A DNA stretch of 64,000 bases from Pseudomonadota bacterium. Its GTDB lineage: Bacteria; Desulfobacterota; Desulfobacteria; Desulfobacterales; RPRI01. The stretch lies in assembly GCA_043825875.1 (NCBI GenBank), contig JBDRRF010000051.1, positions 1 through 64,000 on the forward strand, read 5' to 3'. The notes below the pieces were generated by a model. The model saw only the letters and a list, made by a program, of their open reading frames with translations. It was not told where the DNA came from and ran no database searches. The position numbers and the translations under genes are program-made. Shown here in pieces: positions 30,914-40,865 of this stretch; position 1 is the first letter of the stretch; each line of letters starts with the position of its first letter.

Positions 30914-33900
30914 TTAAGGCCCACTAATTACTTTATCCTTATTAACTACTTCTTTTTCCGGAGATACAGGCTGCATTATTTTAACAGGAAGGGATATAGT
31001 TCTTTGCAGCATATTCATCAAACCGGTTCCAACTGCCGTGGGCGAAAGCGGAATAACATCCGGATCGTCAAGTTTGCCAACTACTCTGAAAGGAATAGAT
31101 AGTATATTCCCATCCAGAATCTGGCTTACCACAGGAATATATTTAATTATAAGATCAAAGGTTTTAAAAGGTGAAATCAGAACAATAAGATCTGCCCTGT
31201 CATTACTGATGTCCATATTACCGGTACAAACTACTGCCATTGAAGCGCCATCAATTACAAATTTACTTACAATAAAATTTCCTTTATCAAGTTTTCCATC
31301 TATAATAATTGTATTATAGGCAAAACCTTCTCCAATAAGATCAGGAAGCTTGCCTCGAAATATTTCTGTAACATTGAGCAGAGCAAAAATCTTTGAAAGA
31401 AATCCAAGCCTGTATATTCTTCCTTTTTTCGCATTAAATTCAAGAGTTCCGTAAAGCAGCTTTGAGACTTCTTTTTCTTCTCCTTTTGAATAAATATTGC
31501 TTTTAAGATTATAAGTCCCTGTCGCAAGATGCTTGCCTTCCCAGAAACATTTGAGACAAGGTTCAATCTCTTGCTCTATAGCAAATGGATTTATTGTAAA
31601 TTCTACTTTTGTTGGGCATGATTCAATTTTTCCGGTCAATGAAATACCACAAATATTTGCTTCTGAAACAGCAATACTTATTTTCTTTTGTCCGAATAAG
31701 ATGTCTGCATTAACAGGGCTTAGCACATAATCGTCATATATAAAACTATCTATATGCGCCCGGATAATGCCTTTTACAAATGGACTCAAAGATTTTTTTG
31801 CCGGACAGCTTTTAAAAGCGGGCTGATTTATCAGCTCTTTTATATCCGACCAGTATAGGGATTTTGAAAAAGCGCTAATATCCACTCGCGATTCTTTTTG
31901 CGATAAGCTGATATCACCGTTTATTGTCACATGGCTTTTGCCTGATGAAATAGATCCATATTCAATATTATATTTACTTTCAAAAAGCCCTTTAGCTGTT
32001 AAATTGCGGGATGCGCTAAAATCTAAAGTTGCTATATTAAAAGGTTCTTTTAAAACAGACTCATAATCAACAAGCATATTTTCTATTTTGCCGGCTGTTG
32101 CAAAACGCCATTTATCAGTATTTAATAAGGGCCCTTTTAAATCAAAGCTATATAATTTGGCAGTTCCTTTTTGAATATTTATTTCTTCTTCGGCAGTTTT
32201 TGTTAATTGAAAATACGGCGTAAACAAATTAATCTCTTTAAAATCTATTAGCGCTTGTTTTGATTTAATTTTAAAGGGGTAGTTCTTTACAAGCGCAAAT
32301 TCTGCAGAAAGATTAGGGATAAAAGTTTTTCTTAAGTTAGCGTCAATAACTTTTATATAAAGATAGCTTTTGTTTTGGGAAGCACTAAATTTAAGGTTTG
32401 TTATGTTAATTGCTTCTTTTAAAAATGATTTATGTTTAACGATCATATCTTCTATTATGCCATCTGTTTTTAATACCCATTTGGCAGGAATGAAAAGGGG
32501 GCCCTTTAATTCAACCTTATTTAAGGAAACCGTTCCTTTTTTGATATTAAGTTGTTTTCCCAAATTTTGATAAGTTAAAAAAGGTAATAAAATCTGATTT
32601 ACCTCTTTTGAGTCTATGGTTGTTTTCCCGGATAAAATTTTAAATGAATCATCTTTATCAAAACTAAACCCGGCAGACAGATTTGAAACAATAGTTTTTC
32701 CGGAAATAGCATTGGCAGCAGTAAATTGAAGAACGGAATTATCCAGGAAAAACTTGTTTCCGCTAACAGAAATTGGATTTAAAAAACGGTTATAAACACC
32801 TTTTACATCAAAGTTTGAAACATCCACTTTTAGAAAATATGACCCGGGTTTGTCATCGATAGTTAATTTACCTTCCGCTTTTCCTTCGCATTGTTTTATT
32901 AAGTAAAGCTCATTTAAAAAACTCTCATTTTTAACAACCTGTTTAAGGATGGATGGAAGTGGAGAAAGATCGGCATGCACTAAAGCATCAAGGTAAAGCA
33001 AATGATGGTCTTCCAAAAGACTAAGTTTAAAAGTTCCATTTTGAGCGATGGAATTTCCAAGCCTGCCCTCCGCATTGTTTGCCTCCAGGATTCCTCCCAA
33101 AACCATTACATCGGCTTTTATATCTTCAATCAGCAGCGATGGTTTGGGTACAGATAATTTAATATTTAAAGCTTTTCCTTTTATAGATATGTTCTTTATA
33201 TTTCCCAGCTCAGAAATATTGGGTACTTTGGCAGTTATGTTTATTGACGGAACTTTCCCCTCTTTTAATACATTAAATATCGATTGGGGCGTAGGTGAGT
33301 TTCCCGTAAGAAAAAGAGCAATTTTACCGGTCTCTTTAATATCTATATCTTTTCCTTTAAGATCAAGCTGCACCGAAGAACCCGGCATATGTGCAATATA
33401 TTTTCCTGAAAAAATTGAGCCGGTGTTATCAAGAATCAGCTTTTCAATATTTATTGAAGTTCTCTCTCTATTTATATTTATATTTCCGGAAAGATGCCTG
33501 CTTTTTAGAATCAGATTTTCATTATTTCTTTTAAACGAAAGAACCGGAATTTCACCTTCGAAGTTTGAGCAATAATTCAAAACTTCTTTTTTGGAAAAAT
33601 ATAATCTTAAATCCGCTTTTGAATTATCAATCTTTAAATCAGAATCAGGATAAAGATAAGCAAAAAGCAGTTTGGGATTAAAATTATTTAATATGATTTC
33701 TCCTTTGCTTTTTAAATTATCAGGATAATATTGGCTTTTTATCGATATACTATCTGTAACATTTGATTTAGCATCTAATTCTATTTTGATATGTTTTGGC
33801 TTTAATATCATGTGAGAAAATATACTGGTAAAATTGAAATAAAGACGCCTACCGTTATAAAGACCTACATTACCGTTTCCGATTTCAACAACTATATCTG

Positions 33901-34360
33901 TTTTTTCAACAGTCCGGCTCCTGATAAAATCATACAATTTTTTTTCTATTTTTCGTAAAGCAGTATTTATCTGGAAGTCATTTTCGTTAAGAAGTTTTTC
34001 CGGAATATTTATTTTTATGTTGGGGCTATCAATATAAAGCTTATAAATATTAACACCCCCGGTAAGAAGTGGCCAGATTTTAGGGTATGCTTTGACACTG
34101 TTTATGTTTACTGAAAAATTGCCGGGTACCGATATTGCTGCGTTTCTTATGTCGGCGTGAAGTCGTGGGAATAGTAAAATATCGACATCGTGAAGCTTGA
34201 GCTTATAGCCTATCCTGAGAGAAACCTGCTCCACTATTTTGGCTTTAAGATCTTTAGTGCTTATAATGTGTGGAAGTAAAAGCGATATAAGCAGAGCAAG
34301 TATTAAAAGAATCCCGGTCCAGAACGTTGTCCAGAACAACAATTTTTTAATCAATTTCAT
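30914..34360 (-). CDS. AsmA-like (bridge-type) envelope protein
   Basis: N-terminal TM anchor, beta-rich body, AsmA_2-like C-terminus (IPVVSQIL...PFRVVGKLDDP). Confidence 0.8.
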   Translation of the reverse strand: MKLIKKLLFWTTFWTGILLILALLISLLLPHIISTKDLKAKIVEQVSLRIGYKLKLHDVDILLFPRLHADIRNAAISVPGNFSVNINSVKAYPKIWPLLTGGVNIYKLYIDSPNIKINIPEKLLNENDFQINTALRKIEKKLYDFIRSRTVEKTDIVVEIGNGNVGLYNGRRLYFNFTSIFSHMILKPKHIKIELDAKSNVTDSISIKSQYYPDNLKSKGEIILNNFNPKLLFAYLYPDSDLKIDNSKADLRLYFSKKEVLNYCSNFEGEIPVLSFKRNNENLILKSRHLSGNININRERTSINIEKLILDNTGSIFSGKYIAHMPGSSVQLDLKGKDIDIKETGKIALFLTGNSPTPQSIFNVLKEGKVPSINITAKVPNISELGNIKNISIKGKALNIKLSVPKPSLLIEDIKADVMVLGGILEANNAEGRLGNSIAQNGTFKLSLLEDHHLLYLDALVHADLSPLPSILKQVVKNESFLNELYLIKQCEGKAEGKLTIDDKPGSYFLKVDVSNFDVKGVYNRFLNPISVSGNKFFLDNSVLQFTAANAISGKTIVSNLSAGFSFDKDDSFKILSGKTTIDSKEVNQILLPFLTYQNLGKQLNIKKGTVSLNKVELKGPLFIPAKWVLKTDGIIEDMIVKHKSFLKEAINITNLKFSASQNKSYLYIKVIDANLRKTFIPNLSAEFALVKNYPFKIKSKQALIDFKEINLFTPYFQLTKTAEEEINIQKGTAKLYSFDLKGPLLNTDKWRFATAGKIENMLVDYESVLKEPFNIATLDFSASRNLTAKGLFESKYNIEYGSISSGKSHVTINGDISLSQKESRVDISAFSKSLYWSDIKELINQPAFKSCPAKKSLSPFVKGIIRAHIDSFIYDDYVLSPVNADILFGQKKISIAVSEANICGISLTGKIESCPTKVEFTINPFAIEQEIEPCLKCFWEGKHLATGTYNLKSNIYSKGEEKEVSKLLYGTLEFNAKKGRIYRLGFLSKIFALLNVTEIFRGKLPDLIGEGFAYNTIIIDGKLDKGNFIVSKFVIDGASMAVVCTGNMDISNDRADLIVLISPFKTFDLIIKYIPVVSQILDGNILSIPFRVVGKLDDPDVIPLSPTAVGTGLMNMLQRTISLPVKIMQPVSPEKEVVNKDKVISGP

Positions 34361-34405
34361 ATATTCACGGATAAATAAATAAAAGTCATATAGCAAATAT
34401 TTTAC

Positions 34406-36427
34406 TTAATACTGCTTTTTATTTGCTATCGGACTTGCCACAGGCTGAGTTTCCGCAGGATCACTTTCAAGACCGTCTTTATCTTCTGAAATAATTCTGT
34501 AACTGTAACTTCCTCCCGCTTTAAGTTCAAAGTCCTTATAATCAGTCTGACCCGGTTTTAGCTGCTGTATCTCAGACCATAATTGAATAGGTGATAACGC
34601 CTGCAAGTTAGACCATGACGCTTGATCATCTTTTCTATATAAATGATTTACTACTATATCGGTTTCATAATTTTCTTTCCAACTCACGACTATATGGTCA
34701 ACAGCAGTTGAGGCCGTCAATTCTTCAACGGATTTCGGTCTTGGTTTTGTCTCCGCCTTGATGCATTTGCCAAGTTTGCCTTCGGCATCAAACAGATTGA
34801 AACATGCTATCGCATAGAAATAAACTTTTCCGTCTTCAAGCGGTGTTAAAATATCTCCTTTGTCCAGATAAATATTTGATCTGTAATTTTTAATCGAAGC
34901 AATTTTTTGCAAATTATTGCAGTCACTGCCCCTGTAAATGCTATAACCACCAATATCCTGGTCTTCTAAAGCAGTCCATGATATTTTTACTGATTTAGCC
35001 ATAATACCTTGGGATTGTGCATTTTCAGGAAAAGCAGGTAGGTCTTTTGTTTTTCCATTAACTTCGTTTGATGGGTCAGATTCCTTTTTATCATCATATG
35101 CAGTAACATGATAAAAATAGTGCCGTTCATCGGATATATTTTTTACATCAGCAAAATTTGTTGTTAATACTTCTTTAATATCGACGACTTTTTCCCATGA
35201 CGTGTTCTTAGTTTTTCTGTATAGATTATAACCTGATGCATTTTCCACAAATTTCCAGGAAAGAATTATTTTTCTTAATAGATTATCTTTCTCAAGAGTT
35301 AATACAGGAGTTTGTACTGTAGAAACCGAGATAGGGTCGGAACGAGGACTTTCAATATTTGAATCATCTGTGCTTGAAAGTGCATAAGTATAATCTATGC
35401 CATCTTTCAAATCTCTTTCATCAAACACAGTAAAGACAGGGTCAGTCTCTGTCCTGTTTCGCAAATCAATTGTTTTGATATTTTCCCAGTCGTTTGGATT
35501 TTTTTGGCGGTATAAAGTATATTTTATTATATTAAAGTATTCTTGTTCATTTCTCAAAGATGGAACAAAATTGATCCCCGCTCTTTTGATATAACCTTTT
35601 ATACCCATAATCAGAGGAGGATGCGGTATTCTTTGCCCCACATTTGAGATCTGTGCCGTTTGAGAGCTTTTTACCTCCGGTTCAATACCATGGATTATTC
35701 CGATATTATAGTAATATGACTGCCCTTTTATAACTGTAGTATCTTTATAATAATTATCTGATGTTTTACCTACATACTGGTAAGGACCACTCCTGTTTCC
35801 CGAACGATAAACATGATAGGATATAGGTGATTTTTTGGTAGTAATTTTCCATGATAAACCAACCGAAGCACCTTCGTTTATTACATTGAGATAATCGAGA
35901 TCTAATGATGGAAGCAATGGTGTCTTTGCAGATGAGCTAACTAAAGAGCTTTTCCGGTTTGAAAGAGAATCGCTTATCTCTTTTGTAATTTTAGGAATTT
36001 TTTTAAGAATTGAATTATTATTCGGAAAAACAACACTCCAGTTGTTTATAACAGTTTTACTTTCAATATCCATCAAATTAAGACGTGTTACTATTAAAGA
36101 TCCTTTTTTTGTTACTTCACCAAAAAGAACAAAATTTATGCCCAGCGCTTTCCCGGCTTCAATCACGGCTTTTTCAGAGCTATCCAAAACAATATCTGAT
36201 TTAAAAAGTACCTCTTCAATTTCCCTTCTTGGCATCAGATCGATGCTCTTATCAGTTTCAATAGATGAAATAAGCGCCTGAAGAATTTCTCCATTATAAC
36301 CCATTGCTTCGATATTTGTTGCATTAAGGTTAAAAATTGCCAGAACCTTTTTCTGAGCATAAGAATAAGGAGATAATATAAGCAATAAACAAGCTGATAT
36401 TAACAGCAGGCGGCATAATCTTTTCAT
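34406..36427 (-). CDS. Secreted protein with CsgG/FlgO-like N-terminal domain and about 5 fibronectin type III repeats
   Basis: Signal peptide; VLAIFNL...GKALGINFVLFGEV domain; repeats YHVYRS, YTLYRQ, YNLYRK, YSIYRG, NHLYRK with YxY..S motifs. Confidence 0.75.
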   Translation of the reverse strand: MKRLCRLLLISACLLLILSPYSYAQKKVLAIFNLNATNIEAMGYNGEILQALISSIETDKSIDLMPRREIEEVLFKSDIVLDSSEKAVIEAGKALGINFVLFGEVTKKGSLIVTRLNLMDIESKTVINNWSVVFPNNNSILKKIPKITKEISDSLSNRKSSLVSSSAKTPLLPSLDLDYLNVINEGASVGLSWKITTKKSPISYHVYRSGNRSGPYQYVGKTSDNYYKDTTVIKGQSYYYNIGIIHGIEPEVKSSQTAQISNVGQRIPHPPLIMGIKGYIKRAGINFVPSLRNEQEYFNIIKYTLYRQKNPNDWENIKTIDLRNRTETDPVFTVFDERDLKDGIDYTYALSSTDDSNIESPRSDPISVSTVQTPVLTLEKDNLLRKIILSWKFVENASGYNLYRKTKNTSWEKVVDIKEVLTTNFADVKNISDERHYFYHVTAYDDKKESDPSNEVNGKTKDLPAFPENAQSQGIMAKSVKISWTALEDQDIGGYSIYRGSDCNNLQKIASIKNYRSNIYLDKGDILTPLEDGKVYFYAIACFNLFDAEGKLGKCIKAETKPRPKSVEELTASTAVDHIVVSWKENYETDIVVNHLYRKDDQASWSNLQALSPIQLWSEIQQLKPGQTDYKDFELKAGGSYSYRIISEDKDGLESDPAETQPVASPIANKKQY

Positions 36428-36445
36428 CAATATTTTTTTACTCCC

Positions 36446-36587
36446 GAGCCACTTTCAAAACGTTTCAGTTTGGTCAAGGTTAAGGCGGGTGAAAATTTTA
36501 ACCGCAGGAATACATGAAGTATTTCGAGGATTAAAATTTTCATCCAACGCAGAGATCGGCCAAAATGGGACGTTTTTAAACTGGCTC
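36446..36587. mobile_element. Long-hairpin MITE/REP-like element, family A copy 2 (142 bp)
   Basis: GAGCCACTTTCAAAACG...CGTTTTTAAACTGGCTC; flanks TCCC/TCCT. Confidence 0.85.
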
Positions 36588-36596
36588 TCCTAACAA

Positions 36597-38594
36597 TCAA
36601 TTCTCTTTATAGTTACGAAAGACATTATCAAGATGCTCCATTGCTTTTTGTGTAAGAGGAGATCCTAAAATCATTTTCATTTTTTCATCGAAAATGGAGT
36701 TAACAAAACTCTCTGCCGCCAGAAGTCTTTCTCTTCTTTTTAAATACTGCTCACCATCTTGAAAATATGTTTTTTCAAGATTGCTTAAGGGCTTTAAAGC
36801 TTCTCTGCCAAGTTCTGCAACTACTTCATTTGTCATTTTCTGAAGAAGTTCGGTATCTGTCGGAATAACAAGAGGATCGTATTTAACCTTGGCTTCAGGA
36901 AGCCCTGCGCTTGTATCATCTTCAACAGTTTCTTTACGTTCAATTGTTCTGACCTGAATATTTTCTCCTGTTTTAACATCAACAATCCTAAATGAAAGCT
37001 GAACAAATCCTACCTTCTTATGGTTGGATACAGCATAATCTTTTTCAGTATATTTAGGTGTTGTTATTTTTGCCGGAGGTGCAGATGCAAGCTGGCCCGG
37101 AGTAGGATTGGGATTTCTAGCCGCCCAGTTAAGATAATCTATATTATCCTGAATTTCTGTTCCTATCTGGTATCTTGCGGTTTTAATTCCCTGAGAAACG
37201 GATGTTTCTACCTGGTATAATAAAACACTTCCCATAACGGCAACATCTATACCATATACTCTCCCCATCTCCTTTGCGGTTTGCTCTGAAACAACTCCAA
37301 TTTGCCCGAGCTTCATTTCTTCCAATATTGATTTTAAGTTTTCTCTTTCAAGAATCTTGATATCTCCGCTTGCATTCTTAAACAGGTAGGTAATAAGGTT
37401 ATTTGCAACTATGATACCGGAATCTTTATGTTGTGAAGGGCTGGAAAAATCAAAAACAGCTATAGATTTTTGCACTCTTTGTCTTATCTTGTCTTCCATT
37501 GCAAGATTATTTGCAAAAATTTCAGGGTAATCAGGGGAAATGCTTTTGAGTTTACTATACCAGAACCAGGCCGCTCCATATTTTTTCTGGTCTTTGAACA
37601 TAGCTCCCATGGAACTAGCTTTCGCTGCAAGTTCATTTCGAACGCTTCTGAATTCTGCTGTATTTGGATCATCCACATTCTTTTGTGCTTGGTTATAAGT
37701 TTCAAAAGCCTTAAAAAGCCATCCATCCGCCATCTGGTCTCTGATTGTTTTGGCATAATATGTACCAAGTTTTTGTGAAACCGCAGCAATTAGCGTTTTT
37801 ATAGTCCCATCATTTGGAGAATACTCCAAAGCTTTGTTATATGACTTCAGAGCTGTAGCCCAATCCTGGTTCGATACGGCTTTTCTGCCTTTGTCAATGA
37901 AATATTTTTTACTATCCATTTGTTTTATTAAAGCAAGTAGTTTCAAAGAAGGATCGTGATCAGGCTTTAAAGAAATTGCATCATTTAAATATTTTGATGC
38001 GCCCCTAAAATCATCTTTGTCAAAAAGAGGCTTGGCTTTGTTATAAAAAGCTTGTGAGCCTTCTTCTGATGTTTGCTCTAAAAGCTGAGATGAATCAATA
38101 TAATTAGGAAATATTTCCTGAATCCGTTTCAGGCTTGAATTTGCCTCAATCCATTCTTCCGCTGCCAGCATAGCCTTGGCTTCTTCGTATAAATCTTTTG
38201 TTTCCGATATAATTTGTTCTTCATGTTTACTAATCTCCTCTGAGAGTTTTGTTACGGAAGGATTGTTTGGATCAATCTCTTTTGCCTTTGATATATTGGA
38301 TTTGGCTGAATTTAAAGATTCAATTGTAACAGGGGATTTAGCGTTTAATGCTTTTGAAGCATTTGCAACATACCCGGATATAACGCTCTCCTTAAGTTCC
38401 GATAAAGCTTGTTTATACTCTGCATTATCAGGTTCATTTTGAATAGCTTTTTCTAAATAGGAAATTGCATCCATAAATTTACCTGCCTGGCGTAATTGCA
38501 TGCCGACTTCAAAATCCATTTTTCCTGCAGCACAAGAAAACAAGAAAACAGTCAGCAAAAAAATCAGCCCGACATATATCGCACGTTTAATCAT
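36597..38594 (-). CDS. Lipoprotein with TPR repeats and a CsgG/HfaB-like domain
   Basis: Lipobox LFSC; TPR-like helices; SIAVFDF...KILERENLKSILEEMKL...GIDVAVMGSV...FRIVDVKTGE. Confidence 0.78.
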   Translation of the reverse strand: MIKRAIYVGLIFLLTVFLFSCAAGKMDFEVGMQLRQAGKFMDAISYLEKAIQNEPDNAEYKQALSELKESVISGYVANASKALNAKSPVTIESLNSAKSNISKAKEIDPNNPSVTKLSEEISKHEEQIISETKDLYEEAKAMLAAEEWIEANSSLKRIQEIFPNYIDSSQLLEQTSEEGSQAFYNKAKPLFDKDDFRGASKYLNDAISLKPDHDPSLKLLALIKQMDSKKYFIDKGRKAVSNQDWATALKSYNKALEYSPNDGTIKTLIAAVSQKLGTYYAKTIRDQMADGWLFKAFETYNQAQKNVDDPNTAEFRSVRNELAAKASSMGAMFKDQKKYGAAWFWYSKLKSISPDYPEIFANNLAMEDKIRQRVQKSIAVFDFSSPSQHKDSGIIVANNLITYLFKNASGDIKILERENLKSILEEMKLGQIGVVSEQTAKEMGRVYGIDVAVMGSVLLYQVETSVSQGIKTARYQIGTEIQDNIDYLNWAARNPNPTPGQLASAPPAKITTPKYTEKDYAVSNHKKVGFVQLSFRIVDVKTGENIQVRTIERKETVEDDTSAGLPEAKVKYDPLVIPTDTELLQKMTNEVVAELGREALKPLSNLEKTYFQDGEQYLKRRERLLAAESFVNSIFDEKMKMILGSPLTQKAMEHLDNVFRNYKEN

Positions 38595-38614
38595 ATTCAG
38601 CCTCCGATTGCTTA

Positions 38615-39697
38615 TTAATTCATTCTTATAATTATTTTGTTTCCTTCAACTTTTTCAACTGCCGGAATAAAATATTTTCTTTTAAAATACGACAGTTGCA
38701 TTTCGTTTAACAGGTGTTCCGGCCAGCCTTTGTATTTGATATTAAATTCAGCATTTCCTTTCTTAAAACTTGCAAGGCTCGCATCAAGTATTCCACTTAC
38801 ATCAGATTTAAAAGCATTTGATATTTCAAGAGCTTTATCATGCGAAGGAATATTTTTAATAATCATGTTTATATCTCTTTCGCTGTAAAGCTCTTTTTCC
38901 CATATCTTTACAAGTTTACTCCGAAGATCAGTCCAGATTGAATCAATACAATACCTTGCTCCTTTATCAATAATTTTAAGCTTGTTTTCTCCGGGGAGAG
39001 ATTTTACCGCACTGGAGGTACCCAATATCTCTCCATCATCCGGCCGGAAGATATCTGCGCTTAAGCTGATTTCATTTACCAAAAGATCCATATCCTGGTA
39101 TGAAGACTGATTTGAAGAAAGCTCAAGAGACAGGCTGACCAAAAGGCCCATCTGAGATTCACGATCTTCAGAGTATTTAAAAACCTTAAACCCACCCTGT
39201 TTTAGTTTATCGGCAAGAATGGATGCTGATTTCCTGGCTGAAGAAAGATACTTTTTATCCATATCTTTATCGATTATAATACTTATACGGGGATTTTTTT
39301 GCCAGCTTATTACTTTTTTAAATCTGTCAAGATCTTCAAGCATTGCTGATGTTTCAACATCCGCTTCGATTTCAACTTCAAATGTACCAATGTCGGTTTT
39401 TTTTTCTTTGATAACCTTTATGTTTTTAAGATATCCGGCTGTCCTGCTTAATATCTGGTCTTTTATCACAACAAAATTTTCAACCGTTGTACTTGATTCA
39501 ACAGCAGAACCGATTGCCTGTTCCAGAGCAGCTCTTTTAGCTTCATCAATAGCTTTCTCTCTTGCTATAACCTCTCTTCCAGGTTCAAAAAAGCTTATCC
39601 CTTTAGCTGTGACAATGATACCGGCTATAAGATTGGTTGGAAATAAAAACGAAACAGATATAATAAGGAATAACATATTTATTTTAATATTTTTCAT
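38615..39697 (-). CDS. Secreted protein with FlgT-N/LPP20-like domain
   Basis: Signal peptide; VTAKG...AREKAIDEAKRAALEQAIG...DQILSRTAGYLK pattern. Confidence 0.7.
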   Translation of the reverse strand: MKNIKINMLFLIISVSFLFPTNLIAGIIVTAKGISFFEPGREVIAREKAIDEAKRAALEQAIGSAVESSTTVENFVVIKDQILSRTAGYLKNIKVIKEKKTDIGTFEVEIEADVETSAMLEDLDRFKKVISWQKNPRISIIIDKDMDKKYLSSARKSASILADKLKQGGFKVFKYSEDRESQMGLLVSLSLELSSNQSSYQDMDLLVNEISLSADIFRPDDGEILGTSSAVKSLPGENKLKIIDKGARYCIDSIWTDLRSKLVKIWEKELYSERDINMIIKNIPSHDKALEISNAFKSDVSGILDASLASFKKGNAEFNIKYKGWPEHLLNEMQLSYFKRKYFIPAVEKVEGNKIIIRMN

Positions 39698-39907
39698 ATT
39701 CGAATTCCGCAAGTTTCATTAAAACCACACTAAGTATTTTGAAAACGGATATTTAAGCCTGACAAAGTAAAAGGCAAAAGGGAGAATTAAAGATTTCAAA
39801 TTCACGGCTATTCGTCTAACCCTCCCCCCGCAGTAAGATATGACGAATAAGGATCATTTAAGGTTTTTGTACCTGCTTTTTATATTTAAGATTTGCACCA
39901 TGTTATA

Positions 39908-39934
39908 ATATCGGCACAGCATATAAAATACTTA
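39908..39934 (-). promoter_or_regulatory. Putative sigma28 (FliA) promoter for the FlgT/CsgG/FN3 operon
   Basis: Minus strand TAAG-N15-GCCGATAT versus consensus TAAA-N15-GCCGATAA. Confidence 0.65.
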
Positions 39935-40047
39935 AGCATATAAAATATCCTGAAATCTCTATAAATTCATACTATTTGTGCTGGTCTTATGTCAAGTGAT
40001 AAAATGGGGAGCAGGGAAAAACATAAGGAGCAAATACGAAAGAAGTC

Positions 40048-40081
40048 ATTTGCAAAAGATCCAATTGAAGCTTTTGCAAAT
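40048..40081. terminator. 11-bp inverted repeat downstream of the CBS gene
   Basis: ATTTGCAAAAG-N12-CTTTTGCAAAT. Confidence 0.4.
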
Positions 40082-40171
40082 TTGATAAACGGCCAGGCTG
40101 TTAATATATATTAATCTATTTATAGATTTGATTATTTTATGATCAATTGCTACAAAATATTACCAAAAAGA

Positions 40172-40780
40172 TCAGTCAATAGCGCTTTCAACCTTAAATC
40201 CTTCTTTTTCTAAAGCACTTTTGATAATATCTGTTTTGCAGGAAGAAAGACGAAAATAGTATGTTCTTTTTGGACCTTTCCGGTTTGCAGTCATCCCTAT
40301 ACTTATAATATCACCATCCATTTCATGTATGATTTGAAGGGCTTTCTTGAAGGAGTCCTGGGCATCGCCAACAACTACATCAATACGTGAGCTTGCCGTT
40401 AACAGACCCATCATATTAATGAAAGCTCCTAAAATATCTGTAACCGTAATTATGCCGACGATCTTGTTTCTTACAACAACCGGCATTCCTCCTATTTTAT
40501 TCTTGTATATTTTCTGAGCAGCTATTTCTATATCTTCATCCGGACTAACGGTTATTGGATCTTTAATAATCAAATCGGCAAGAGACAATTCTCCTATCAT
40601 AGATTGCACAAGGCCCTGTTTTAAAACAGAAAGTGTAATAAAACCTTTTAGAGCTTTATTTTTGCCAACAACAGGCAGGTGACGTATGGAATTAATCTTC
40701 ATCAACTCGATTGCTTCTGTAATTGATGATTTTTCACTAATAGTAATAGGATCAGGTATCATCAGAGCTTTGATTTTCAT
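40172..40780 (-). CDS. CBS-pair plus ACT domain protein (AcuB-like)
   Basis: IRHLPVV and IGGMPVV...GIITVTD CBS pair, then ACT-like C-terminus. Confidence 0.85.
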   Translation of the reverse strand: MKIKALMIPDPITISEKSSITEAIELMKINSIRHLPVVGKNKALKGFITLSVLKQGLVQSMIGELSLADLIIKDPITVSPDEDIEIAAQKIYKNKIGGMPVVVRNKIVGIITVTDILGAFINMMGLLTASSRIDVVVGDAQDSFKKALQIIHEMDGDIISIGMTANRKGPKRTYYFRLSSCKTDIIKSALEKEGFKVESAID

Positions 40781-40865
40781 ATCATTCACCTTTTTTAATT
40801 TTGGGTTATATAGCGTTTGTCAAAATAATGTTCAAAATTTATGACATTTGCTATAGTTGATGAAC

